A stretch of DNA of 64,000 nt from an uncultured Nitrospiraceae bacterium (GCA_963846575.1 CAWJWJ010000001.1:1120001-1184000), one strand, 5' to 3'; positions 19,620 through 30,176 are shown, counted from the stretch's first letter. A program made the numbers and translations. Notes: generated by a model from the letters alone, not told the origin.

Positions 19620-20747
19620 TTATTTACCCATAAAATCGCCCGCTGGAGATAACGCCTCTACATGGTCGCAGAAAATCTTGAACGCCACCAGCAGGGGAAC
19701 GGCCAGGAACGCCCCGCCGATGCCCCAGATCCATCCCCAAAGCATGACACCAAGGAGCAGCATGACCGGATTGAGCTCAAGGCGTTGGCCCAGAATCATG
19801 GGTGTCGCGAATGACCCTTCGATGATCGCCAGTCCTACATAGACCCCGCCGACCAGGAACATGTGCCCCACTTCATCAAACGTCAGGGCCGCCACCAGCA
19901 TCACCACGATGACCCCGAAGAGGTGCCCCAGATAGGGAAGGTAGGTCAGCAAGGCCGCCATGGCGCCCCAGAGAATAGGGTTCGGCATGCCGAGGAGGTA
20001 CATGGCGATTCCGACGGCGATCCCCAGACCCATGTTGATGAGGGTCACCGTGGAGAGATAGCGGAACAGTTGCGCTTCGATCTCCCGCACGATCTCCACC
20101 GCCCGCTTCTTGTCCTGCCAGCGAGGAAGGACTTTCACGAGTTTCTGGAGAAACAGATCGCCGGAAGACAGCAGGAAGAACAAAAGGACCAGGGTGGTCG
20201 CGAACCCGATGACGAACTCGCTCGTGATGCTGAAGAGTTTGATCTGCCAGCCTTCGCTCTTCACTTCCACCTGTTGAACCTTCTTTTTCGACTCATCCAG
20301 CGTCGTGGCTTTCGCGAACAGTTCCGTTGCCTTGCTCATTTCCTGCATCGGCTTCTTCAGCACGCGCAGCTTATGCTCAGCCTCGCGCAGGGCGGCGGGC
20401 GCCCTCTCGACCCATTCGGCGGCGGGCTCGGACAGCCGGGACACTCCATATCCGAGCGAGGCAACCAGCAGGACCAGTAGGAGGGCCGCTCCCAGCGGTT
20501 CGGGAACATGGAGCTGTTTCATGCGCCGCAGAAGGGGGGAAAAAAGGACGGTGAACAGCAGCGCGACCGCAATAGGCAGAAAAATCACGCGGCCAAGATG
20601 TAGCGTATAGAGCACGGCCAGCACGAAGAGACCAGCCAGACTCACCGAATGGATGCTGATTTTTGAGTTGACCCCGGTCCCTGCCGGCGGAAGGGGGGCT
20701 TCGGGCGCGGGCCGTTCTGACTGTGCCGGTGGATGGACCATCTTCAC
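19620..20747 (-). CDS. AI-2E family transporter
   Basis: About 8 TM segments, YLPYLG, IEGSFATPMILG, WGWIWGIGGAFLAVP. Confidence 0.9.
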   Translation of the reverse strand: MKMVHPPAQSERPAPEAPLPPAGTGVNSKISIHSVSLAGLFVLAVLYTLHLGRVIFLPIAVALLFTVLFSPLLRRMKQLHVPEPLGAALLLVLLVASLGYGVSRLSEPAAEWVERAPAALREAEHKLRVLKKPMQEMSKATELFAKATTLDESKKKVQQVEVKSEGWQIKLFSITSEFVIGFATTLVLLFFLLSSGDLFLQKLVKVLPRWQDKKRAVEIVREIEAQLFRYLSTVTLINMGLGIAVGIAMYLLGMPNPILWGAMAALLTYLPYLGHLFGVIVVMLVAALTFDEVGHMFLVGGVYVGLAIIEGSFATPMILGQRLELNPVMLLLGVMLWGWIWGIGGAFLAVPLLVAFKIFCDHVEALSPAGDFMGK

Positions 20748-22885
20748 CTGTACCCCTCCTGGGACGACTCCGTCCGTTTTGATGAGACCCGCGCGGCGTT
20801 CAAGGACTGGTTGCGCCTGTCCGGGCGGCCTGTGGCCATGGGACCGGGCAAAGCAGGGTCCGGCGGGATGCGTCCGGCGTTCTTGTGATCCGAATCCACG
20901 CCCAGCAATTGGGAGAGCAGTCGTTCGAAGCGGAGGGAAGGCGGGCTGGCCCTAATCAACGTGCCAAAGCGGGCGGCCTGTTGCCGGTAGGCCGACGTGC
21001 AAAGCAATTGTTGAGAAGTTCGAGTCAGGGCGTCGGCCGACGTGTCGCCGGCCCGCAGGTAGTCTCCCGCGCCGGACTGTCGGACATAGTCCATCATCAG
21101 ATACTGATCGAGATTGTTGGGGATTCCCAGCACGGGCACTCCGGCCGCGATGGCCTGATACACCGTCGCGCTTCCGCCGTTGCAGATGACCAGGTCTGCC
21201 CGTGCGGCAGCCTCGAGCCCGGGCAGGTAACGTGAGACCCAGGTGTGGTTGGGGAGGGAGGCGGGCGGCCTTCTGCCTGCCGTGGAGACCAGGGCCCCCA
21301 CTCCAATCTCCTGTAACGCCCGCAGCACGAGGGGCAGCAGGTCGGCTCGGCCTGAGGTTCCGAGACTCACATAGGCCATGGGATGAATATGGGGAATCGA
21401 ATCCCACCAGGAAGGCCGCGCATCAGGCGACCAGAGCACCGGGCCCAGATAGGCATGGTGGGCCGGGCGGTTGAACGTGGGCACCAGTTCAGGGAGATCG
21501 GCGTAGAGCGTGACATCGGCCTCCGTAAAGACGTGCGTGAGGCTGTACCCGATTGACGGTAATCCATAGTCTTTGCGGACCCGATTGAGCGCCTGCGCCT
21601 GCTGAGCGAATACGGCCGGTCTCATCAAACTGAACAGCGCCTGCCCGAGCCGTGGGCCGAATCGCTCGGTGATGGCCAGTTCGGGCACGACGAACCGTTG
21701 CCTCGCGTAGGGGCTCCAGTGGGCGTTCGTGACAGTCAGGTAGGGAACCGCCGCGAGCCTGGCGCTGACGGAGAGGGAGATCCGGAAGTCGCCGACGACC
21801 GCGTCGGGACTCAACTCGGTCAGCAATCGCAGATCCTGCTCCACGTAGCGGCGCAACTCGGTGGAGGTGTAGAGCGGGCTTCCCGTCAGCAAGCGCTCTT
21901 GAAACTGGTCGCTCCCGATGGAACGGATCGAGTGGATGGTTGCGGGCAGGCACTCAAAGAGATGGAGGTAGCGCCGGTCGCAGGCCAAATGAACGTCGTA
22001 ACGGGCCGGATCCAGGCCCCTCGCGAGGGCGGCTGCCCTCGCGACGTGGGCCAGGGTCACGGCCTCGGCGATGAAGAGAATCCGCTGTCGGCCGGTGGGC
22101 CGGTGAGCGCCGGACAGCCGAAGCGGCGCAGGAGTCTGCGGGGGAGTCTGACTGTGCCGCCGGCTGTTGACCAGCCCCGGCAGATCGAGCCGCCTGGCTA
22201 AGAGTTTTCTCGAGACCATGCGCGTGATGCGAACCACGTCGTGCACCTGCCGGAAATGGCTCTGCCGGAGATGGCGACTGTAGCTGGTGGAGACCGGTAC
22301 CGCTCGTATCGGGACACCCATCCGGCCGGCTTCGATCAGCAGCTCGCTCTCGAAGGCGAACCCGGAAGTTGCGTCGCAGCGGGATGCGGCGAGGGTGATC
22401 ACGGAGGCCGGATAGAGGCGAAATCCGGACTGGCTGTCCTGAATACGGCAGCCGGCGGCCCAGGAGATCCAAAAATTGGCTGTGCGATTGGCGACATAGC
22501 GGAGCCAGGGGATGGACTGGCGTTGATGCAGCCGCGACCCGGTCAGGATGGCCGCAGGATCTCGCCGGTGCAAGGCCATGAGCGCCGGAATGTCATTCGG
22601 TTCATGTTGCCCGTCGCCGTCGAGGGTGATGACGACGGTGGCGCCCTGATTCAGGGCTGCCTGCATGCCGTCCCAGAGCGCGGCCCCTTTGCCAAGATTG
22701 TAAGAGTGTCGAAGCACCGTCACGGGCAGCTCGCGCAACGCCTGCATCGTTCGATCGCAGGAGCCGTCATCCACGACGATCACGCGGTCGGTCCATTTCA
22801 AGGTCCGGGCCGCCACGGCGTGAATCGTCGCGGCCTCGTTGTAGGCCGGGATGACGGCGATGGACAACGGCCTTGATTCGCTCAT
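20744..22885 (-). CDS. Fused glycosyltransferase: GT2 plus GT1 (PGL/p-HBAD rhamnosyltransferase-like)
   Basis: Start at ATG 22885 (ATGA overlap with fabG); IPAYNE, VDDGS, DGDGQH, DSQSGFR; then RILFIAEAVTLAHV, YVSLGTSG, CNGGSAT. Confidence 0.85.
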   Translation of the reverse strand: MSESRPLSIAVIPAYNEAATIHAVAARTLKWTDRVIVVDDGSCDRTMQALRELPVTVLRHSYNLGKGAALWDGMQAALNQGATVVITLDGDGQHEPNDIPALMALHRRDPAAILTGSRLHQRQSIPWLRYVANRTANFWISWAAGCRIQDSQSGFRLYPASVITLAASRCDATSGFAFESELLIEAGRMGVPIRAVPVSTSYSRHLRQSHFRQVHDVVRITRMVSRKLLARRLDLPGLVNSRRHSQTPPQTPAPLRLSGAHRPTGRQRILFIAEAVTLAHVARAAALARGLDPARYDVHLACDRRYLHLFECLPATIHSIRSIGSDQFQERLLTGSPLYTSTELRRYVEQDLRLLTELSPDAVVGDFRISLSVSARLAAVPYLTVTNAHWSPYARQRFVVPELAITERFGPRLGQALFSLMRPAVFAQQAQALNRVRKDYGLPSIGYSLTHVFTEADVTLYADLPELVPTFNRPAHHAYLGPVLWSPDARPSWWDSIPHIHPMAYVSLGTSGRADLLPLVLRALQEIGVGALVSTAGRRPPASLPNHTWVSRYLPGLEAAARADLVICNGGSATVYQAIAAGVPVLGIPNNLDQYLMMDYVRQSGAGDYLRAGDTSADALTRTSQQLLCTSAYRQQAARFGTLIRASPPSLRFERLLSQLLGVDSDHKNAGRIPPDPALPGPMATGRPDRRNQSLNAARVSSKRTESSQEGYR

Positions 22886-23604
22886 GCCTGGGCTCCGTTG
22901 ACGGAGATGATTTGCCCCGAAACGTACGCGGCCGCATCGGAGACCAGATAGGTGACAAGACCGGCGACCTCCTCCACGGTCCCGGCGCGTTTCATCGGCA
23001 CCAGGCGGACGATGGCCTCTGCGTCGAAGACTCGCTCGGTCGCCGGGGAGGAGATGAGGCCGGGGGCCACGGCATTGACCGTAATGTGCCGCGAGGCCAA
23101 CTCGAGCGCGAGGGCTTTCGTGGCTCCGTGCAGTCCGGCCTTGGCAGCCGCGTAATTGACCTGCCCACGGTTGCCGATCACGCCGCTGATCGAGGTGATG
23201 CTGACGATGCGTCCCCAACGGGTGCGGATCATCGGCAGCAATAGCGGCTGGGTGACATTGAAGAAGCCGTTCAAGGACACATCGATTACCCTGCGCCATT
23301 GGTCAGGCGTCATGCCCGCCATGGGTCCGTCGTCATAGATGCCCGCGTTGTTCACCAGCACCTGGATCGGACCGGCCTGGTCCAGTCGTTCAAGCATCTG
23401 CCGGGTTTGCTCAGCGTCCGTGACGTCGAAACAGACGGCTTCAGCTTGCCCGCCCTTGTCGCGAATGGACTGCGCCACCGCTTCTGCCCGGTCCGCATGG
23501 GCATGGCCGTGAACGATCACATCGAAGCCCTGTTCGCCCAGGGCCCGGCAGATGGCCCCGCCGATATCGCCGCTGCCGCCCGTGACCAGCGCGCGCTTTC
23601 TCAT
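22882..23604 (-). CDS. fabG: 3-oxoacyl-ACP reductase (aryl-polyene cluster type)
   Basis: TGGSGDIG, NNAG, YAAAK. Confidence 0.9.
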   Translation of the reverse strand: MRKRALVTGGSGDIGGAICRALGEQGFDVIVHGHAHADRAEAVAQSIRDKGGQAEAVCFDVTDAEQTRQMLERLDQAGPIQVLVNNAGIYDDGPMAGMTPDQWRRVIDVSLNGFFNVTQPLLLPMIRTRWGRIVSITSISGVIGNRGQVNYAAAKAGLHGATKALALELASRHITVNAVAPGLISSPATERVFDAEAIVRLVPMKRAGTVEEVAGLVTYLVSDAAAYVSGQIISVNGAQA

Positions 23605-24077
23605 AAGGCTCCTTCGGTCGAGACGGAAGGAGCCGGCCGCGCCGGATGGCCGGCGACCATCACGGACAGTTGCCCGCTCATCAGCGTCCGGCCCTCGCCG
23701 CTCACCGTGACGTCGTAGATGCTGCCCTGCCCATGGGTGAACAGAAGGCGGGCGTGGATGGTTAAGACTCCGGCCATTGTGTCCAGATGGGACACCCTCG
23801 CGGTGATGTCGCGCACGGATGTGAGCAGGCCCGGCTCCGGGCCCCGTCCATTCGGGCCACCGAGGAGCGCCGCGTGAGCGGCAATGGCCTGGGCGCCATA
23901 TTCGATGCCGCAGAGCGCGCGCAGGCCGCTGTCGTCCCGCAGAGGGTTGTCAAGGCGGCGATGGCTGCTGGCCAGGCAGACGATGTGATCCTCATCCCAC
24001 CGCTCAATACTCTCGAGCAGACACATGGTTCCTCGATGGGGAATCAGTTGGGAAATGTCAGGGCACAGACTGTCCAT
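23601..24077 (-). CDS. Hot-dog fold 3-hydroxyacyl-ACP dehydratase (ApeP-like)
   Basis: LIPHRGTMCLL, IEYGAQAIAAH; cluster context. Confidence 0.8.
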   Translation of the reverse strand: MDSLCPDISQLIPHRGTMCLLESIERWDEDHIVCLASSHRRLDNPLRDDSGLRALCGIEYGAQAIAAHAALLGGPNGRGPEPGLLTSVRDITARVSHLDTMAGVLTIHARLLFTHGQGSIYDVTVSGEGRTLMSGQLSVMVAGHPARPAPSVSTEGAL

Positions 24078-24080
24078 CGC

Positions 24081-24872
24081 TCACGCTCCTGGTTCGCACG
24101 AGACTATCAAGTCGGTTTCGTCGGTATATTCGAATGCCACGGTCCCCGCCGATCCGCCCGCACACAAGGACAGCAACGGGAGGCAGCGGGCTGCCGGGTT
24201 ACTCCGGAAGTGCGCCAACGCTCCATCGGGACCGGCCGTGATGGTCCGGTGCGGATCGAGGCTGATCCGGCAGCGCATCAAGGCGCCGGCGGAACCCCGT
24301 GGAGCAATCAGCAGAGCAGCGGCAAAACTCTCCTCCACCGGGCGCAGGCTGTGCAGCGGAGCGGGAAACGGGAGGTCCGACGCGATGAGCATCACCGGCT
24401 GCTGCTCGACGGTGGCGTGGGCGGCAGCCTCCAGCAGTCCGGCGGCGAACGACACATCGTGGGCACAGACGCTGGTCGACGCCAGTCGAGAGCGGGTAGC
24501 GATGCTCCAATAACCGGCCGGGGCGTTGTATACGGAGTTGTGAAAGGACGTGGGTGACACCTCTCGGGCCGACCTGGCCAAGGCCTCGCAGATCTCCTGC
24601 GTGATGGCCCCGTCCCCGTCGGACGAAGCGAAGACGGTGGCGATCTCCTCACCACCGAAGCTGCTGGTGAGCAGAGCGTCCTGTGCCGCCATGATCGCGA
24701 GGCGCACCGCCTGACTGCTGCGGCGTCGCTCGGCGGCCGACAATAGATCCGGGATCGAACGGGAAAGCGGGGCGGTTCGATACTCCGCCTGGCCGGCGAG
24801 AATGGGTCGGGCAGCCGCCCATCCCTCCAGCCCTGGCCCGGCGATGCCGACGCTCGTAACGATCACTTGCAT
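24081..24872 (-). CDS. Beta-ketoacyl synthase chain-length factor
   Basis: ERRRSS, SPTSFHNSVYNAPAGYWSI; start overlaps the KS stop (TGATG). Confidence 0.85.
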   Translation of the reverse strand: MQVIVTSVGIAGPGLEGWAAARPILAGQAEYRTAPLSRSIPDLLSAAERRRSSQAVRLAIMAAQDALLTSSFGGEEIATVFASSDGDGAITQEICEALARSAREVSPTSFHNSVYNAPAGYWSIATRSRLASTSVCAHDVSFAAGLLEAAAHATVEQQPVMLIASDLPFPAPLHSLRPVEESFAAALLIAPRGSAGALMRCRISLDPHRTITAGPDGALAHFRSNPAARCLPLLSLCAGGSAGTVAFEYTDETDLIVSCEPGA

Positions 24873-26062
24873 CACAGCGGCCTCCCGAAAATCAGGCTGC
24901 AATTATTGCCGCCGAAGCCGAACGAATTGCTGATGACCCGCCGCAAGAGCCGGAATTCGCTCTCCAGCATGATGCAGCTCTGGAGTTGTGGATCGACGCG
25001 GTCGGCATGCAGCGTGCCCGGAATGAAGCCGTGTCGCAGGCAGAGCGCTGCCAGGATAGCCTCGGTCATGCCCGCCGCGCCGAGGGTATGTCCGGTTCGT
25101 CCCTTGGTGGAACTGCAGGGTGTTCTCCCTCCGAATGTCCGCCAGACGGCGCGGTCCTCGGCGAGATCGTTTGCCGGCGTCCCGGTGCCGTGGAGATTGA
25201 TGTAATCGATATCGATCGGCTTCAGTTCCGCACGGGTTAGTGCCCGTTCCATGGCCAGGGCAGCCCCCAACCCTTCCGGATGGGGCGTGGACATGTGGTG
25301 CGCATCGCTGCTTTCGCCGTATCCCAGCAGCTGAAGTTCCCTGCCGGAATTGTCGGCGGGTTCCAGCAGCATGAAACCCGCCGCTTCCCCGATGGAGAGC
25401 CCGTTTCTGTCGGGGTCACAGGGACGACAGGGGCTGTCGGAAAGCAGGCCCAACGAGGCGAAGCCGTAGAGCGTCATGAAGCACAGACTGTCCACGCCCC
25501 CCACGACGACGGCATCGCAGAGTCCCGCGGCGATCCAGCGCGATGCGCTGGCGAAGACCTTGGCGCTGGACGAGCAGGCAGTGGAAATCGAGGCGACCGG
25601 CCCGCGGAGACGCAAGTGGCGGCGGACGACCTCGCTGACCGAAAACAGGTTCTGGGTCTGGCGATAGCGGACGGTCAGGGGCAGCAGTTCGCCGGAGTGG
25701 CTTCGCCGTCGATAGGCCAATTCGGTTTCAAGGATGCCCGAGGTCGTCGTGCCGATCAGCACGCCGATACGATCCGGCCGATAGCGCTGCCTGGCCAAAT
25801 CGACTGCTTCTTCGAAGCCATCCTGCCGTAAGCCCATCAGGGCCAGCCGGTTATTGCGGCAATCGAAGTCGGCGAGGTCGCCGGTGATCGGCTCGGTCTC
25901 GAGTCCTTCGATCCGCCCGATCCACGTCTTCACGTCCGCATCCTCGAAGTCATTCGGTCGCAACCCGTGTCGATCCTGCCGCAGGGCGTCCCACGTGGCT
26001 GCCAGTCCTCGTCCGAGGGGATTGGCGGTGGCCATGGCCGTGATGCTCAAGGCCTCCATCAT
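24872..26062 (-). CDS. Beta-ketoacyl-ACP synthase (aryl-polyene/xanthomonadin type)
   Basis: STACSSS, YINLHGTGT, TGHTLGAAG, SNSFGFGG; intact Cys-His-His. Confidence 0.9.
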   Translation of the reverse strand: MMEALSITAMATANPLGRGLAATWDALRQDRHGLRPNDFEDADVKTWIGRIEGLETEPITGDLADFDCRNNRLALMGLRQDGFEEAVDLARQRYRPDRIGVLIGTTTSGILETELAYRRRSHSGELLPLTVRYRQTQNLFSVSEVVRRHLRLRGPVASISTACSSSAKVFASASRWIAAGLCDAVVVGGVDSLCFMTLYGFASLGLLSDSPCRPCDPDRNGLSIGEAAGFMLLEPADNSGRELQLLGYGESSDAHHMSTPHPEGLGAALAMERALTRAELKPIDIDYINLHGTGTPANDLAEDRAVWRTFGGRTPCSSTKGRTGHTLGAAGMTEAILAALCLRHGFIPGTLHADRVDPQLQSCIMLESEFRLLRRVISNSFGFGGNNCSLIFGRPL

Positions 26063-28389
26063 GGGTTCACCTGTTGCTTGTGTTGCTTGCCGAGCATGGC
26101 CGCGACGATCAGGGAGAGAGCGGCCCCGAGGCCGACGGTCAGGCCGATCGCATGGAGGACGGGGGTGCGCGAAAAAGCGAGCGCGCCGAATGCCGAGAGG
26201 GTAGCGAGAATGCAGACGGTGAGCGAGAGCCAGGTGCGCCGCAGCTCATCCTCATCGGCGAACGGCCGATTAAAGAACAGGGCGTAATTCAAACCGATGC
26301 CCAACACGAGCAGCAGCGACACCAGATGGAACAGCGACAGCCGTTCCCCGATCAGCGTCAGGATGGTTACGACGAAGAGGCCGGCGATCAAGGGCGGAAG
26401 CAAGATCCGTCCTACCATGGACCAGTTGCGTAAGCCCCACCACAACACGCCCGTAATGGCGAGGACCCCGAGCGCCGTGAGTTGCAAAGACTGCCGTCGA
26501 TAGCCGTTCACCAACCGCCCGGCCTCCCCCTTTAGATCCAGGAACATCACGTCCGGACCGGCCTCACGGCTCACGCGATCCGCCAGGGCCTGGGCCGAGT
26601 CGACACCCCGGAGGGGGATCAATCCGTTCCACGCATTCCCGCTGCCCAGCAGGAGCGCGCGGACCTTGAGTGAGAAGGCGGACTGTTGCAGGCTGGTCAG
26701 GGTCATCAACTCACCGAGACGGGCTTCTTCCACGTCTTCCACGAACGGCTCGAAGAGTCCTGGGCGGAACGGCAGCCCCTTCAGGGACTGGGAAAGCGCA
26801 GGAATCAAGGCGTCGGGAGCGGGTAAGGCGGCCTGGCGCCGGCGCTGCGTCTGCTGCGAGGGCAGATAGAGGCTGGGCAGATCGAAACCGGTCAACAACT
26901 GGTCTTCCACCAGCCGGCGAAGCAGGTGCGCGGCGGATTCACTGCGCTGCAAGACGTCTTCCCGACTCGTTCCATCGATGACCAGCAGATAGCGCACGTC
27001 CGGCGCTCCCAGATCTTTTCGCATCTGCTCGTCGAGAGCCTTGGCGGAGGAGGAGATCGGGCTTAGATTGGCCAGATCGTTGTCCCATACGTGTTCATGC
27101 CGGACGGTCAGGGCCGCGATGGCGAGGCAGACCATGACCCACACGATCCAGCGGAAGCGGCCCAGCGAGGCAACACGCGCGATCCAGGCGAGCGGAAGAA
27201 TCTGATGGGGAGCCGTGCGCATGATCCTGGGAGCCAGGGCCGGGAGGATCCAGCGGGTCACGAGGCCGGCGACCAGAACTCCGACAAATGCCAGCATGCC
27301 CAGTTGCGCCAGGCCGGTGATACTTGAGAGCAGCATGCCGAGGGCGCCGAATACGGTGGTCATCACGGCCAGTCTTAAGGTGGGCCATACTCTCGACAAA
27401 GTCTGCTGCAACGCCTCACCCGCTCTGATCTGCGTCAGGACATAGGCTGGATAATCCACCGCTTCCCCGATCAGCGTGGCGCCGAAGCCGAGCGTGATGC
27501 CATGGACGAAGCCGAAGACCAACTGGACTGCGGCCACTCCCGCGAGCAACCCCGTCAGCACCGGGAACAGGCTCAATAAGATGGGGGGCCACGAGCGATA
27601 GACGCTGACCAGTACTCCGGTGACGATCATGCCGGCGATGAGAGACAGCCGCCACGAATCGCGCTGGATCGTCGACCGGGATTCCACCGCAAACACGCCG
27701 GGTCCGCTTAAGAGCAGCCGGCTGTCCTGGGGGAGGCCGGACGAGGCGAATGCAGCGCGAATTGCCCGCACCGCCGCGTCCTGCCGATCGAGATCGAAGC
27801 CCGGCGCCTGCGTTTCAGCCACCAGTTGAGCCCTGGTGCCATCCTGCGCGAACCAGACTCCATGCAACATGGAGGGTTGGGCGGCAGTGGTGAATTCGGA
27901 CAGAATGTGCGCCACTTCGCCGGTGGGATCTCTCGCCAAGGTTGTTTTCACCAGCGCGCCGGCGGGCGACCCGAGCAGTTGAAGCTGTCGTTCGAGCGCG
28001 GTGCGTAGCGCAGGCGCCGAAAAGTGTTCGGGAGTGACGGCTGAGCTCAGGAGATAACGGTGTTGCATGAGGATGTCCCGTTCCACCGTCAAATCGGCGG
28101 GATCGCCGTTATTGACCGAGGTGAAGAGGGCGGTCTCCCTCAGGCCGCGAGTGACCTTCCGGCTGGCTTCAGCCAGGGCTTCCGGTGAGGCGCCTTCGAG
28201 CCCGATCAGGATCAGCCGGGCGGCCACGCCATCGCGCAGTTGCCCTACCAGGAGTTCCTGAGTGCGGTCCGCTGACCGGGGAAGCAAGGCTGTGAGGTCC
28301 GTCGTGACCCTCATCGTGGCCACCACTCCTCCGCTGACGAAGAGGAGAATCATCCAGAGGAGCACCGCCGTGCGGGCCTGCAGCCTCAC
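26059..28389 (-). CDS. MMPL/RND-family exporter
   Basis: Two periplasmic loop plus TM-bundle repeats, GITLGFGATLIGEAVDY, LVLGIGLNY. Confidence 0.85.
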   Translation of the reverse strand: MRLQARTAVLLWMILLFVSGGVVATMRVTTDLTALLPRSADRTQELLVGQLRDGVAARLILIGLEGASPEALAEASRKVTRGLRETALFTSVNNGDPADLTVERDILMQHRYLLSSAVTPEHFSAPALRTALERQLQLLGSPAGALVKTTLARDPTGEVAHILSEFTTAAQPSMLHGVWFAQDGTRAQLVAETQAPGFDLDRQDAAVRAIRAAFASSGLPQDSRLLLSGPGVFAVESRSTIQRDSWRLSLIAGMIVTGVLVSVYRSWPPILLSLFPVLTGLLAGVAAVQLVFGFVHGITLGFGATLIGEAVDYPAYVLTQIRAGEALQQTLSRVWPTLRLAVMTTVFGALGMLLSSITGLAQLGMLAFVGVLVAGLVTRWILPALAPRIMRTAPHQILPLAWIARVASLGRFRWIVWVMVCLAIAALTVRHEHVWDNDLANLSPISSSAKALDEQMRKDLGAPDVRYLLVIDGTSREDVLQRSESAAHLLRRLVEDQLLTGFDLPSLYLPSQQTQRRRQAALPAPDALIPALSQSLKGLPFRPGLFEPFVEDVEEARLGELMTLTSLQQSAFSLKVRALLLGSGNAWNGLIPLRGVDSAQALADRVSREAGPDVMFLDLKGEAGRLVNGYRRQSLQLTALGVLAITGVLWWGLRNWSMVGRILLPPLIAGLFVVTILTLIGERLSLFHLVSLLLVLGIGLNYALFFNRPFADEDELRRTWLSLTVCILATLSAFGALAFSRTPVLHAIGLTVGLGAALSLIVAAMLGKQHKQQVNP

Positions 28390-28985
28390 GACGTCGGCTC
28401 ATGGATCTGCATGAGCGACCGGTCCCCTCCGGTCTCCCGTATGTCGACGGTCGTCACGCGATCGCCGTGGCCGGTGAGTGTGACCGTCGCGAGATACTCC
28501 GCCGCCTGTGCATCCAAGGGGCGTAGCGTAAGTGTCCAATTCTCGAGCGTTCCCTGGAGTTTAATGTGGTACAGGCGCCTCAGGACGGTGGTCTCGCCGG
28601 CAAGGCTGGCCCTGATCGCCTCGATGAACGAACGAATCAACGGGTGACTATCCACGGCGATGTGTTTCGTGCCTTCCGCAGATGAGAGGGTCAGTCGATC
28701 GCCCTGCACGATGAGGTGTTCGGCGTAAGGTGAGGTGACATGTTTTTCGACGCGATTGGGTCGCGCGTAGGCCAGCGTCCCTTTCAGCACCAACGGCTGC
28801 GTCAGAACCCCCACGGTTTTCGTTTCGGTAAAGCGGTCCTCACGAGAAGGCACCTTCGCCATGAGTTCCATGAGTGCCGGTACATCCAGCGGGGCGGTCG
28901 CCGCCTCCTGATCCGCGGCGGCCGAAAGTCCGGACAGCAGACTACAGAGCACTATGAGAGGGACGAGCGTCCTCGATGATGTCAT
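28386..28985 (-). CDS. LolA-like periplasmic lipid carrier
   Basis: Signal peptide from ATG 28985, RFTETK..PLVLKGTL, WTLTLRP; cluster context. Confidence 0.75.
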   Translation of the reverse strand: MTSSRTLVPLIVLCSLLSGLSAAADQEAATAPLDVPALMELMAKVPSREDRFTETKTVGVLTQPLVLKGTLAYARPNRVEKHVTSPYAEHLIVQGDRLTLSSAEGTKHIAVDSHPLIRSFIEAIRASLAGETTVLRRLYHIKLQGTLENWTLTLRPLDAQAAEYLATVTLTGHGDRVTTVDIRETGGDRSLMQIHEPTS

Positions 28986-29856
28986 AAAAGTTGAACCAGT
29001 TGTACGGATACAGGCGACAGTAATGTTCCAACCGACTGACGTAACGCTCAATCCAAGGGCGCAGGGCTTCTGAGCGATGGGCGCGATCCAGATGAATGCT
29101 TTCGGCCAACGGCTCGAAATGGATGTCGTATTGCCGGCCTCCCTGGTACAGACCAAAAAACAGCACGACCGGGACTTGCAGGAGTGCCGCCAGCAGGAAG
29201 GGTCCTTCAGGAAATGTTCTGGGCTTGCCGAGGAAATCGCAGGTCATCCCCTTTTCGTCGCCGAACACGCGGTCGCCAAGAATGCCGACCATTTCACCCC
29301 GGTCCAGTCGCTCCTTCACCGCCAGCATGGTGTCCGGCGTCCCGGGGGGAATGATGCGGTCCCGAATCCCGGGGTGGAGGCTGTGGAGGACGGCATTCAG
29401 ATTAGACGCGGCCGCTTCGTGCATGACTACGGTGATCGGCAACTGTTGATCGAAGAGGCCCTTTGCGCGGAGGACCTCGAAGCTCCCGAGGTGAGAGCCC
29501 AGCAGGATGCAGCCGCGTTTGCGCGCGAGAATGGCCTGCAAGGCCGACGCGCCCTCCATGCGGATATCGAAGTGCCGGTGACGTCCCGAGAGGAGATACA
29601 CCCGGTCATGGATGGTGGAGGCAAAGGCATGGTAGTGCCGGAATACGTCGATCCAGCGAGCGGGCCGCTGGAGAATGCATTGCAGGTAGGCCCGTGAGGT
29701 GCGTTGTGTCCCGCCCGAGAAGAGCAGGAAATAGAGACAAATGGGGTAAAGCAACCCTCGCGCCACGGAGCGGCCCAGCCGGAGCGTCATCCAGGTCAAC
29801 AGCCGGATGAGTCCACGATTGCCCCGTTCGCGTTGGGCGAGCCATCGCGTGCTCAT
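28942..29856 (-). CDS. LpxL/LpxP-like acyltransferase
   Basis: GSHLGSFE, ILGDR, FPEGPF, YPYNWFNFYD. Confidence 0.85.
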   Translation of the reverse strand: MSTRWLAQRERGNRGLIRLLTWMTLRLGRSVARGLLYPICLYFLLFSGGTQRTSRAYLQCILQRPARWIDVFRHYHAFASTIHDRVYLLSGRHRHFDIRMEGASALQAILARKRGCILLGSHLGSFEVLRAKGLFDQQLPITVVMHEAAASNLNAVLHSLHPGIRDRIIPPGTPDTMLAVKERLDRGEMVGILGDRVFGDEKGMTCDFLGKPRTFPEGPFLLAALLQVPVVLFFGLYQGGRQYDIHFEPLAESIHLDRAHRSEALRPWIERYVSRLEHYCRLYPYNWFNFYDIIEDARPSHSAL

Positions 29857-30176
29857 GGTCGATCCTGATCGCCGGCAGGGCGTTCCCGAAGAAGCCGACC
29901 CGCGGCGATTCGAACCTCCTTGCGCAGCACAGCAAACGATACTTCATGGGCGGACAGCTGTTCCAGGCGCAGCATGAACGGCTCGCCGGGACGTAGCGGT
30001 CGCAGGAACTTCGCGGAAGACACCGACACGGGGTCCGGGTCCCAGTCGAGCCAGTCGTCCGTCGCCCGTATAAGCTCAGTGAGAATGACGACGCCAGGGA
30101 CGATGGGACGGCCGGGAAAATGCCCGGCTAAGGACGGATGATCCGGGCTGATGGATCGCTGCACCTCGTATCGCAT
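29853..30176 (-). CDS. FabZ/ApeI-like dehydratase
   Basis: HPSLAGHFPGRPIVPGV, AKFLRP. Confidence 0.85.
   Translation of the reverse strand: MRYEVQRSISPDHPSLAGHFPGRPIVPGVVILTELIRATDDWLDWDPDPVSVSSAKFLRPLRPGEPFMLRLEQLSAHEVSFAVLRKEVRIAAGRLLRERPAGDQDRP

Noticed and set aside
22886..23299. N-terminal 138 aa of the 851-aa ORF
   Set aside because: Out-of-frame overlap with fabG; GT2 homology starts at ATG 22885, which has an ATGA coupling
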